Source: Chloroflexota bacterium
Lineage (GTDB): Bacteria; Chloroflexota; UBA11872; VXOZ01
Length of the DNA: 64,000 nucleotides
Assembly: GCA_963662335.2 (NCBI GenBank)
Contig: CAXXVD010000002.1
Coordinates: 576,001 to 640,000, forward strand
Direction of reading: 5' to 3'
The notes beneath the pieces were generated by a model. The model saw only the letters and a program-made list of their open reading frames with translations, was not told the DNA's origin and searched no databases. The translations under genes were made by a program, and so were the position numbers. Each line of letters begins with the position of its first letter. The stretch's first letter is position 1. Positions 28,130 through 37,294 of this stretch are shown here, piece by piece.

Positions 28130-29068
28130 ATGGCAGATTCAGTATTCGTCATTCGGCAGCGCCGCGGGATACTGGGCGCGCTTACCTCACGCAAGTGGTG
28201 GGAGCATGCCTTCCTGCGCATCGCCACCTACATCATTCTCATCAACGTCTGCTTCGTCTTCCTGTTCCCCGTCATCTACATGTTCTCAACCTCGCTGAAG
28301 ACGGTGGCGGACCTGGCAGACCTGACGGTATTGTGGATTCCCCGCACCTTCTTCTGGCGGAACTATGAGCTCGCCATCAGCGGCATGCTCTACTGGCAGG
28401 CGGCCAGGAACAGCATCATCATTTCGGTCGGTTCGGCGGTCTTGCAGACGGTAGCGTGTTCGTTCGTGGCCTATGGCTTTGCGCGCATCCCGTTCCCGGG
28501 GCGCGACGTGCTCTTCATGCTCGTGCTCTTTACGTTCCTGGTGCCGCCGCAGACGATTATCGTGCCGCTCTTCATCCTGTACCGCAACCTCGGGTTCATG
28601 GATACCTACTTCCCGTTCCTGATCCCGGCGCTCTTCGGACACGGCCTGCGGGGCGCGCTCTTCATCCTGGTGTTCCGGCAATTCTTCCGCAATCTGCCGT
28701 ATGAATTGGAGGATGCCGCCCGTATTGACGGCGCGGGGCCGTTCAGCGTCTACTGGCGTATCATGCTGCCATTGGCGGCGCCGGCGATCATCGTCGTCTT
28801 CCTCTTCTCGTTGGTATGGCATTGGAACGACTTCTTCGAGCCGACGATCTACCTCTTCGACCAGAACAACTTCACCCTGCCGTTGCGCCTCTCCATCTTG
28901 AGCGCGGCGCTCTTGCAGATGTTGGCCGGTCAAGGCGCGGGTGACGAGTTCAACGAGGCCGTGATCATGGCGGCGTCCTTCCTGACCGTTAGCCCGCCGT
29001 TGATAGTCTACCTCTTTACGCAGCGCTATTTCGTGGAGAGCGTCGACCGTACGGGCTTGGTGGAATAA
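28130..29068 (+). CDS. Carbohydrate ABC transporter permease (second MalG-type)
   Basis: AYGFAR..FPGR, ELEDAARIDGA, WND; GGGAG RBS. Confidence 0.92.
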   Translation: MADSVFVIRQRRGILGALTSRKWWEHAFLRIATYIILINVCFVFLFPVIYMFSTSLKTVADLADLTVLWIPRTFFWRNYELAISGMLYWQAARNSIIISVGSAVLQTVACSFVAYGFARIPFPGRDVLFMLVLFTFLVPPQTIIVPLFILYRNLGFMDTYFPFLIPALFGHGLRGALFILVFRQFFRNLPYELEDAARIDGAGPFSVYWRIMLPLAAPAIIVVFLFSLVWHWNDFFEPTIYLFDQNNFTLPLRLSILSAALLQMLAGQGAGDEFNEAVIMAASFLTVSPPLIVYLFTQRYFVESVDRTGLVE

Positions 29069-29328
29069 CTGCGTCTTCCGCCCGTGGGGGCGCCCGCTTT
29101 CTAGCGGGTAGGCTAGCCTGGGCGCTCGTGCCGGCGGCTTGGCACGTCGGTGCCGTGATTCCCCAATTCAGATTATGGCGCGTGCGGCGTGTAGGCGGGA
29201 ATCTCGCGCGCGGTTCGCGCGTGCTCTGTCTGTCTTCCTCTTTGCCGGTATCCAGCCGTGACATTCCGCTACAACCGGCATCCGGCAGCTTTCACGGGCC
29301 TGAGAGAGCGGTATAGCCGTTCAATTCG

Positions 29329-30330
29329 ATGGGCATGCACCCGTACAAGTACCACTCCCGCACCACGCCGCCGCGCAAGCGGCGGCCGTCGTTTCGCGCC
29401 TGGGTGATTGCGATGGTGCTGGTGCTGGCGGGAATCACGATCTACACGCGGCTTGCGCCGGATACCGCGGAGCCCACGATTACGCTGGTTGAGAGCACAC
29501 CGGTGCCGGCCGCGGAGACGGTGGAGGCAGTTGCGCCGCCGCCCGCGCACTTCTCCTACGCTTGGCTAGAAGCCAATCCGCCCGCACCGCTGGCGGGCAT
29601 CGCGGCGGAAGCCGTTTTTCTGGTGGATCTTTCGACGCGTACCGTGCTGTACGCGGTCAACGAACACGAGCGGCGCGCGCCTGCGAGCACCACGAAAATC
29701 CTTACCGCCGTCGTCGTGCTGGAGAACAGCGAGCCGGCGCAAGAGGTGGTCGTGTCGCAACGGGCGGGAAGCGCAGAGCCTAACGTGATGGGGCTGAAAT
29801 CCGGTGAGGTAGTGCCGATAGAGATTCTGCTCTACGGCATGATGCTCGATTCTGGGAACGACGCCGCGATCGCCGTTGCCGAGGGCACGTTCGGCTATGA
29901 GGCGTTCGTAGACCGCATGAACGCCAAGGTGCGGGAACTGGGTTTGCAGAATACGGAGTTCAGCAATCCCACCGGCTACGACGAAGACGTGCTGCCCCAC
30001 TACTCGTCGGCCTACGACCTGGCGGTGATCGCCAAGTATGCCCTGGAGTGGACTCCCGCCATCATCACCTACGCCGGTACCAAGAACATACAGTTCACGG
30101 CCACGCAGAAGCACGGCTGGTACGGGCCGGGAAACCTCAACCGCCTGCTCTGGACGTACACAGGGGTCTATGGCCTCAAGCCGGGGTATACGCCGGACGC
30201 GGGCTACTGCCTGGTGGCGGTCGCCGAACGCGGGGGACGGCACGTGCTGGCCGTGGTGCTGGGCTCCACGCAGCACTTTACCGACGCCGCTATCCTGCTC
30301 GACTATGGGTTTGCGCGCGCGTCGGACTAG
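29329..30330 (+). CDS. D-alanyl-D-alanine carboxypeptidase (peptidase S11)
   Basis: N-terminal TM anchor; PASTTK (SxxK), SGND (SxN), GLKPGYT (KTG-like). Confidence 0.92.
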   Translation: MGMHPYKYHSRTTPPRKRRPSFRAWVIAMVLVLAGITIYTRLAPDTAEPTITLVESTPVPAAETVEAVAPPPAHFSYAWLEANPPAPLAGIAAEAVFLVDLSTRTVLYAVNEHERRAPASTTKILTAVVVLENSEPAQEVVVSQRAGSAEPNVMGLKSGEVVPIEILLYGMMLDSGNDAAIAVAEGTFGYEAFVDRMNAKVRELGLQNTEFSNPTGYDEDVLPHYSSAYDLAVIAKYALEWTPAIITYAGTKNIQFTATQKHGWYGPGNLNRLLWTYTGVYGLKPGYTPDAGYCLVAVAERGGRHVLAVVLGSTQHFTDAAILLDYGFARASD

Positions 30331-31397
30331 CCGTCATCGTCTTCTTCACAGGCGTGAATGCGGATGCTGCCGCCGCTGCTGCGCAGTTGCAGCTTGGCCG
30401 TGCCCGTGCCCAGGTCGCCGGTGTACTGGCCCGTGCCGTAGCGATTGCGCGCCTCGCCCGTGGCGCCGGGCAGGTTGACGTCCACGCCGCCGCCGGAGGC
30501 GGCAGCCTCGATGGAGACGGTGGAGTTCTGGTCCAGCACGAGCATCACGCCGCCGCCGGCGCTCTCCACGTGGTGCTCGCCCTCTTGCAGCAGCGCGTGG
30601 TTGATATTCACACTGCCGCCCGCGGACTTTACGTTGAGCGCGCCCACCTTGCCGAGAATCGAGACCGCGCCGCCCGCGGCGACCGCCTGGAGCGACGGCG
30701 TATCGCCCAAGACCCCAATCGTGCCACCCGCCGACTCCAGATTGAGCGCGCCGGTAACCCCGTTGAGCTGGAGGGAGCCGCCGGAGACCGCGATGTCCAG
30801 AGGCGGCGTCAGGTTGCGGCCCGCCATGCTGCCGCCTGCGACGCGACAGTTCAAGGAACGTACGGGCGGCAGGCGCAGGGTGACGTTGGGCACGCCGGCC
30901 CAGACCGCGTTGGCGTAGACCGAGAGCACGTACGCGTCGTCCAACTTGAGCACGGACCACTCCCAATCGTGGCCCTCCCGGTCGAAGCTGACCTGCGCCT
31001 CGCCTGGAGCCTCCTCGATAGTGAGCGAGCTGCCCTCGACGTCGACTGCCATGGCGGCGTCGGGTGGGATGCTGAAAGATTGGTCCTGCACGTCTACCGG
31101 CGTGTAGCCTTGCTCCTCGCGCTGCCGTTTGCGCTTGAGCCCGCGCAGGGGCACGCGGATGCTGTTGCCGCGCGGAATGTCGGTGACCGCGCGCGAGATG
31201 CGCTGTTCTACCTTGGAAAGCGTTTCGCCGAGTGAGCGCTCGACTTCCTCCCACCAGTTGCCTTCCAGAATTGAGGAGAACCCGCGATTGTCCCGGTCGC
31301 TGCCGTTGCGGACCGCGCCCAGCAGGCGTTCGGCATCCTCGACCGTGATCTTGCCTTCGCGCAGCATTTCGAGTATCAAGCGTTCTTCCGCGCCCAT
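30327..31397 (-). CDS. SHOCT-like N-terminus + DUF4097 beta-repeat protein
   Basis: EERLILEMLREGKITVEDAERLL; repeated S.GG.V/I beta strands. Confidence 0.8.
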   Translation of the reverse strand: MGAEERLILEMLREGKITVEDAERLLGAVRNGSDRDNRGFSSILEGNWWEEVERSLGETLSKVEQRISRAVTDIPRGNSIRVPLRGLKRKRQREEQGYTPVDVQDQSFSIPPDAAMAVDVEGSSLTIEEAPGEAQVSFDREGHDWEWSVLKLDDAYVLSVYANAVWAGVPNVTLRLPPVRSLNCRVAGGSMAGRNLTPPLDIAVSGGSLQLNGVTGALNLESAGGTIGVLGDTPSLQAVAAGGAVSILGKVGALNVKSAGGSVNINHALLQEGEHHVESAGGGVMLVLDQNSTVSIEAAASGGGVDVNLPGATGEARNRYGTGQYTGDLGTGTAKLQLRSSGGSIRIHACEEDDDG

Positions 31398-31401
31398 TGT
31401 G

Positions 31402-31803
31402 CTACTCCCTCTCCGCCATGCGGCGCAAGGCCTCTTCCACGCTGAGCGCGCCGCTCTCCACTTCCTGCAGCGTCTGCAAGCGCTCGGCTTGGAGTGAAGC
31501 CTCGTTGCCGGCCGGCTTATGGCCGAGTTGGCTGATGATTTCCTCCAGGCGCGCGCGCACCGTTGGGTATGAGACGCCGAGTTCTTTCTGCACCTCGCTC
31601 ATGTTGCCGCGGGCGACCAGAAAGATCTCGACGAAGCGTTGTTGCTCCGTGGAGAGACGGTTGAACGGATTGAGATGGAACTCGCCCTCCAGCGCCACGC
31701 CGCACGAGGAACAGCGCAGTCGCTGCACGGTGAGTTCGCTCGAGCATACGGGGCAGCGCCCAAGCACTTCCGGTGTTTGGGGATTGCCCAAAATGTTGCG
31801 CAT
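31402..31803 (-). CDS. DUF2089 family protein (Zn ribbon + HTH)
   Basis: CPVC...L.C..C...EG.F; RGN..EVQK.LGVSYPTVRARL; GGAGG RBS. Confidence 0.88.
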   Translation of the reverse strand: MRNILGNPQTPEVLGRCPVCSSELTVQRLRCSSCGVALEGEFHLNPFNRLSTEQQRFVEIFLVARGNMSEVQKELGVSYPTVRARLEEIISQLGHKPAGNEASLQAERLQTLQEVESGALSVEEALRRMAERE

Positions 31804-32149
31804 GGCACGCCTCCCAGTGAACTGACTAAAGTATTCTAATCTGTATCTTTAGAAAATATAGCAGATGGCGTGGAAGTTGTCAACAGATGGATACAGGAAT
31901 TAGAAAACCGCAATTCCAGGTGTCCGTGTGCGCACTGTTGGCCGCGGCAGCGAACCGAGAAGCCGATTTCCCGTTCGCGCTGAGCGTGTCGAAGCGCGCT
32001 CCGGCACGCCCAGCCGGTGCTTGCGACAGCCGCCAACGCGCGCCGCTGGCGTGAAGGCATAAGCCAAGCCCCCGCAGTATCATGTTGGCCGGCGTTGGCG
32101 TGCGCGCCGCCAGGGGCCTGCGGCAGCAGCGGCAGGCGCGGGCGTCGGC

Positions 32150-33148
32150 CTAGCCGCCGATTTGGGACATGGTGCGATTGGCGCGTTGGAAGAACTCGCC
32201 CTCGTTGATGCGGTGCTTGAGTTCTTTCTGCCAAATGGCGGCGCGAATGAGGCGCTCGAGTTCGTCGTCGCTGGCGCCGTCGCGCAGCGGCAGGCGCAGG
32301 TCGGTTTCGCGCACCGAGAAGAGGCAGGTGCGGAGCATGCCCTCCGCCGTCAGGCGGATGCGGTTGCACGCGGCGCAGAAGGGTTCGCTGACGGGATTGA
32401 TGAAGCCGATCTCGCCGTTGCCGTCGGCAAAGCGATAGACCCGCGAGGTCGAGGAGGGGTCGGTGGGTACCGGCAGCAGCGGCACGGGCATGGCGTCGTT
32501 TATCATGCCCAGTATCTCGCGTCCCGTGAGCACCTTCTCTTCGCGCCAGATGCCGTCAGCGTCCAGCGGCATGAACTCGATGAAGCGCACCACGTAGGGC
32601 TTGCGCCGCGCCAGTTTGGCAAACGCCACCACCTCGCGCTCGGTGAACCCGCGAATGCCGACGCAGTTCAGCTTGATTGGGCTAATTGACGGGTATTTCT
32701 CCAGTTCTTCCAGGCCTGCCAGCACGGCATCGAGGGCATTCCGGCGCGTAATGTAGGCAAACTGCTCCGGCGCCAGGCTGTCCAGGCTCACGTTGATGCG
32801 GGTCAGGCCGGCGTCCGCCAGCGGCTTTGCCAACGAGGTGAGGCGGAAGCCGTTGGTGGTGATGGAGAGACTTTCCAGGCCGTCAATCAGGCGCAGGCGG
32901 CCGATGAGGTACGCCAGGTCTTTGCGCACCGTGGGCTCGCCGCCGGTGATGCGCACGTCGCGAATGCCGAGCCGGACGAAGAGCCGCGCCAGCCGCTCGA
33001 CCTCTTCGTAGGTCAGGATCTCGTCGCGCGGCGCCCACTGCATCATCTCTTCCGGCATGCAGTAGCGGCAACGAAAGTTGCAGCGGTCGGTTATCGAGAT
33101 GCGCAGATTTTCGATCTGCCGCCCAAAGCTGTCGATCAGCGGCTGCAT
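32150..33148 (-). CDS. moaA: GTP 3',8-cyclase (molybdenum cofactor biosynthesis)
   Basis: LRISITDRCNFRCRYCM, RITGGEP, RFIEFMP, FCAACNRIRLT..G....CL, C-terminal MSQIGG. Confidence 0.97.
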   Translation of the reverse strand: MQPLIDSFGRQIENLRISITDRCNFRCRYCMPEEMMQWAPRDEILTYEEVERLARLFVRLGIRDVRITGGEPTVRKDLAYLIGRLRLIDGLESLSITTNGFRLTSLAKPLADAGLTRINVSLDSLAPEQFAYITRRNALDAVLAGLEELEKYPSISPIKLNCVGIRGFTEREVVAFAKLARRKPYVVRFIEFMPLDADGIWREEKVLTGREILGMINDAMPVPLLPVPTDPSSTSRVYRFADGNGEIGFINPVSEPFCAACNRIRLTAEGMLRTCLFSVRETDLRLPLRDGASDDELERLIRAAIWQKELKHRINEGEFFQRANRTMSQIGG

Positions 33149-33238
33149 CCAAAATTCTCCGGCTTGCGAGTCTGCCTGGCAACCGTGCGCCCAGGCGCAA
33201 TCTTCGCCCCACGTCACATTATAGCGCAGAACCGCCGT

Positions 33239-34645
33239 TCATGAGAGCAGAAACGCCAGCGCATCCCTAACGACGTCGTCCTGCTCCGGCGGCACCGTGC
33301 GCGGGTCGAGAAAGAGCGCGTCGTCTGCGATACGCGCCACGAGCGGCGGCGTGGTGGCGCGGAGCCGGCTTGCCAGCGCCTCCGCTGATCTACCGGCGGC
33401 GGCGATGCGGAGCGCCCAGGTTGGCAGCGTTTCACCGGGGAGCGCGCCGCCGCCGATCGTCGATTCCGCCGCTACCACCGCCGTCGAAAGACTGGGGTTG
33501 TAGCTGTCGGGAACCGCGCGTTGCCAGGCGCGCGCGCGCCGCCTCAGCCGGTCCGGAGCGGCGGCGATCATCTGCCAGACCGGAACGTGCGCCGGGGCCT
33601 CGCGCTTGCGGTAATGCAGGAGCGTGGCTTCCAGGCCCGCGATGGTGGCCTTATCGAGGCGGAGTGCGCGGGCGAGCGGGTGCCGTTTCATGGCGGCAAT
33701 CAGTTCGCTGCGGCCTACAAGCAAACCGGCTTGCGGCCCGCCGAGCAGCTTGTCGCCGGAAAAGGTCACCACGGCGCAGCCGGCGGCGAGCGTCTCCGGC
33801 ACGGTTGGCTCCCGGCGCAGGCCGTATGCGGCCGTGTCGAGCAGCGAGCCGCTGCCGAGGTCGGAGAGAACGGGAATGCTGTGTTGCGCCGCGCCTTCCA
33901 CGAGGGCCTCCAGCGCGGGCGCGTGGGTAAAGCCGACGACCCGGAAGTTGCTGGAGTGCACGCGCAGGATCGCGGCGGTGGCGGGTGTGATGGCGTGTAG
34001 ATAGTCTTCCACGTAGGTGCGGTTGGTTGTGCCGACTTCCACCAGGCGCGCGCCGCTCTGCGCGAGCACGTCGGGAATGCGGAAGCCGCCGCCGATTTCA
34101 ACCGCTTCGCCGCGCGAGACGATGACCTCTTTGCCGGCCGCCAGCGCGCTCAGCGCCAGGAGGACGGCGGCGGCGTTGTTGTTGACCGCCAGCGCGTCTT
34201 CCGCGCCGCAAAGCCCGGCGAGCGTGTCAACCAGGTGCGTGTAGCGGGAGCCGCGCGCGCCGTCGGTGACGTCGAATTCGAGATTGCTGTAGCCCGCGCT
34301 CACCGCGCTCATTGCCGCGATGGCGGCCCGGCTCAAAGGCGCGCGCCCCAGGTTGGTGTGCAGAATGACGCCGGTGGCGTTGATCAGCGGGCGGAGAGAC
34401 GGCCGGAACCGGTGGACGGCTTCGCGTTGGAGGTCCTCGGCTAAGTCGTCGAGCGTAGGCGCCCGTTCGTCTGCGAGGATGTCGGCCCGGGCCGCTTCCA
34501 GCACGTCGCGCGCCAGTTCCACCTGAGTCTCGTGGGGAAGATCAAGCTCCAGAGCCTGCACGGCGGGCGCGAGCAGCAGGCGGTCTACGCTGGGTAGCTG
34601 GCGGAGGGCGTGCCTACGCGCCGTACTTTGCGAGTTTTTGCGCAT
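33239..34645 (-). CDS. selA: L-seryl-tRNA(Sec) selenium transferase
   Basis: LPSVD, INATGVILHTNLGRA, VNNNAAA, SRGE.VEIGGGFRIPDV, EVGTTNRT, FSGDKLLGGPQAG (PLP lysine). Confidence 0.96.
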   Translation of the reverse strand: MRKNSQSTARRHALRQLPSVDRLLLAPAVQALELDLPHETQVELARDVLEAARADILADERAPTLDDLAEDLQREAVHRFRPSLRPLINATGVILHTNLGRAPLSRAAIAAMSAVSAGYSNLEFDVTDGARGSRYTHLVDTLAGLCGAEDALAVNNNAAAVLLALSALAAGKEVIVSRGEAVEIGGGFRIPDVLAQSGARLVEVGTTNRTYVEDYLHAITPATAAILRVHSSNFRVVGFTHAPALEALVEGAAQHSIPVLSDLGSGSLLDTAAYGLRREPTVPETLAAGCAVVTFSGDKLLGGPQAGLLVGRSELIAAMKRHPLARALRLDKATIAGLEATLLHYRKREAPAHVPVWQMIAAAPDRLRRRARAWQRAVPDSYNPSLSTAVVAAESTIGGGALPGETLPTWALRIAAAGRSAEALASRLRATTPPLVARIADDALFLDPRTVPPEQDDVVRDALAFLLS

Positions 34646-35819
34646 GGCCCATCGCCAGCAGCATCGCGTCCTGGGCGGGAAAGCGGCCCAGGCTGCCCCG
34701 CACGAGCGCGCGTTCCGTGAATTCCCCGATGTCGTCGCTAATGCAGGTGTCGCTATGGAGCGCGAACGGAACCGGATGCCAGGAGTGTCCGCTGAGCGCC
34801 GAGGGTGAGGAGTGGTCGCCGGTGATGATGAAGACGTCCGGCCGGAGGCGGAGCAGAGCGGGAACCAGGCTGTCTATCTCTTCCAGCACTTGCACCTTCT
34901 GGTTGAAGTCGCCGTCTTCGCCCGCGGTGTCGGTGGCTTTGACGTGAAAGTAGAAGAAGTCGTAATCGTCCCAGCACTGCTGCAGGGTCTCGAACTCGTC
35001 CCAGATCGTGTTGCCGGTTTCTACCACGTCCATACCCACCAGCTTGGCCAGGCCGCGGTACATGGGGTAGGCGGCGATAGCGGCCGGCGAGAGCTTGTAG
35101 ATTTCCGGCAGGGTTGGTATGGCGGGCATGCTGGCGGCCCCGCGCAGCAGCAGGGCGTTGGCGGGATCCTGGTCTTGCAGCACCATGAAGGCTTCGTTCA
35201 GAAAGCCATTGACGATCTGCGCCGTCGGCGTGGCGTTCTCGTCCAGCGGCGCGGCGGCGCGCGGCGGGACGCCGGTGCGCTGCGGATCGGTGTCGGTTAC
35301 GCGGTCGGAGAGGCCCTCGCCGCGCAGGACGACCAGGGCGCGGTGCCCGGACTCGGTCTCGACGAATACCTCGACCTCGGAGAGGTGAATGTGCCGCAGC
35401 AGCGCGCAGAGTTCGCGGTTGAGTTCGGTGGCCAGCCGACCGGCGCGGCGGTCGGTAATCTCGCCGTTGCCGTCGATGGTGGCAAAATTGGCGCGAAAGC
35501 AGACGTCAAGCGGTCCAATCGGAAAGTCGATGCCCAGCGCGGAGAGCACGCCCCGGCCAATGTCGAATTCAAGCGGGTCGTAGCCAAAGAGCGCCAGGTG
35601 CGAGGGGCCGCTGCCGGGCGTGATGCCGGGGGCAATCGGATCGGTGACGCCGCAGATGGAGAGGCCGGCAAAGCGATCCAGGTTGGGGATGCGCGCCACT
35701 TCCAACTCGGATTGGCCGACCTCCGGGTGCGGCATGCCGCCTAAGCCATCCAAGATGAGAAAGAGTATCTTGGAGGGCGTCTGCTGCGATAGCTCTTGAA
35801 TGAGCGACAACGGTACCAC
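34614..35819 (-). CDS. apgM: 2,3-bisphosphoglycerate-independent phosphoglycerate mutase (ApgM type)
   Basis: LILDGLG, PGSGPSHLALFGYDP, HVKATDTAGEDG, TGDHSSP, HSWHPVP. Confidence 0.93.
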   Translation of the reverse strand: MVPLSLIQELSQQTPSKILFLILDGLGGMPHPEVGQSELEVARIPNLDRFAGLSICGVTDPIAPGITPGSGPSHLALFGYDPLEFDIGRGVLSALGIDFPIGPLDVCFRANFATIDGNGEITDRRAGRLATELNRELCALLRHIHLSEVEVFVETESGHRALVVLRGEGLSDRVTDTDPQRTGVPPRAAAPLDENATPTAQIVNGFLNEAFMVLQDQDPANALLLRGAASMPAIPTLPEIYKLSPAAIAAYPMYRGLAKLVGMDVVETGNTIWDEFETLQQCWDDYDFFYFHVKATDTAGEDGDFNQKVQVLEEIDSLVPALLRLRPDVFIITGDHSSPSALSGHSWHPVPFALHSDTCISDDIGEFTERALVRGSLGRFPAQDAMLLAMGHAQKLAKYGA

Positions 35820-35904
35820 GAGGACTTCCTGCCGTCAGATGCGCAACCGTTCCACCCGCCATGCTAGCAGTTGGGGGCGGCGCTGTCTATGCTGTGCTTT
35901 GGGC

Positions 35905-36375
35905 AACTGTAGCGCGGGGGCTTGTCCCCCGCTTGGATCTCCGCCGGGGCTTCAAGATGGATTCCCGCTTTCGCGGGAATGACGGAGTTGCTACACGCTC
36001 AATCCGCCGTTCACTCTTCGACGCTGCTCAGAGCCTGCCCCGTACGTGATACGGGGGCGAACGGCTCGGTTTCGCTATTTCATGCAAATGACGGAGCGTA
36101 GCGCGGGGGCTTGTCCCCCGCCTGGACGAGGATAGGCGCGTCGTGTCCCCGGTAGGGGGTTGTGCAACCTGCGCCGCTCCGGCGTCTTTCTTTTCCGTTT
36201 CCCTTGGCCCGGCGGGGGACAAGCCCCCGCGCTACGTCCTCGGGTAGGGCGGATTTTACAACCTGCGCCGCTCCGGCATTGCGGCTGGCCTTTGCTGCGC
36301 CGGTTTGCTTTGCGGCTAGGCGGAGGCAAGATACCCTCACCCTAACCCTCTCCCAGAGGGAGAGGGGACAAGATT
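35905..36375. repeat. Large mosaic REP-like cluster
   Basis: Three GTAGCGCGGGGGCTTGTCCCCCGC copies in both orientations, GGATTCCCGCTTTCGCGGGAATGAC (35959-35983), CCCTCACCCTAACCCTCTCCCAGAGGGAGAGGGGAC (36334-36369). Confidence 0.85.
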
Positions 36376-36427
36376 AGGCTATTTAGCTGCCGTGGGACGA
36401 GGATAGGGGCGCTGCTGTCGTGTTTGG

Positions 36428-36898
36428 CTACGAGCACTGCTGGAGCGCGGCGAAGACGTCCTCTTCATCGCGGGCGTCCAGCGGCGCGTTGACGATCTTG
36501 CCTTGGATGACGCCGCTCTTGTCGATGATGAACGTGCCGCGCGTGGCGAAACCCAATTCATCCAGGAAGACGCCGTACTGCTGGGCCACGCCGCCGTGGG
36601 GCCAGAAGTCGGCCAGGAACGTGGCGTTGAACCCGTTCTCCTCTTTGAATGCCTTGAGCGTCCACTTGGTGTCGGTGGAGATGCCGAGAACGGCGGCGTC
36701 GCCGGCGTCGTAGCGGCCGGCATTGCCGGTCATGCCGGCAAACTCGCCGTGGCAGATACTGCTGAACGCGCCCACGTAGAACACGAGCACGACGTTCTGC
36801 TTGCCGCGAAAGTCGGAGAGGGTGACCTCCTCGTCGTCCTGGTTGACCAGTGTGAAGTCCGGCGCTACTTGGCCGACTTCGGTGCCTACTGCTGACAC
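36428..36898 (-). CDS. Peroxiredoxin (AhpE-like)
   Basis: APDFTL, VFY..AFS.IC.GE, DFWPHG.VA..YGVF, R.TF.ID; AAGGAGG RBS before GTG 36898. Confidence 0.9.
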   Translation of the reverse strand: MSAVGTEVGQVAPDFTLVNQDDEEVTLSDFRGKQNVVLVFYVGAFSSICHGEFAGMTGNAGRYDAGDAAVLGISTDTKWTLKAFKEENGFNATFLADFWPHGGVAQQYGVFLDELGFATRGTFIIDKSGVIQGKIVNAPLDARDEEDVFAALQQCS

Positions 36899-37025
36899 GG
36901 TGTTGCCTCCTTGGGCTTTGCTCGCTCTCTTGTTGCCGGCGTTGCCGGTGCGCGGCGCTTTGCCGCCGGCACAGGCTCTAACCACTGACTGTATTCTACG
37001 CAAGTTCACGCATTTGGGAAAGCGC

Positions 37026-37265
37026 TCAGTCACGCCGGGCGGCGTGATGTTGACCCGAACCCCTGAGGGCCCAGACCAGGACGACGAGCCACGATAGAAT
37101 GAGCCAACCGAGAGTCAGACTTATGATGAGAATCGCTTCCGCTCTGGGATGCCCACGCTTGAGCGCAATGATGAACGGCAGAAAATAGACCAAAATGCCG
37201 ACAGACACCATGATGGGAACCAAGATGACCCAGCCGATTGTGGATATGCCAACGTCGCTATTCAC
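37026..37265 (-). CDS. Superinfection-immunity (T4 Imm-like) small membrane protein
   Basis: [13 protein letters not shown]....I....LGW...W...LVWA; AGGAG RBS before GTG 37265. Confidence 0.75.
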   Translation of the reverse strand: MNSDVGISTIGWVILVPIMVSVGILVYFLPFIIALKRGHPRAEAILIISLTLGWLILSWLVVLVWALRGSGQHHAARRD

Positions 37266-37294
37266 GGGCGCTCTCCTGAATGTGATCGACACCG

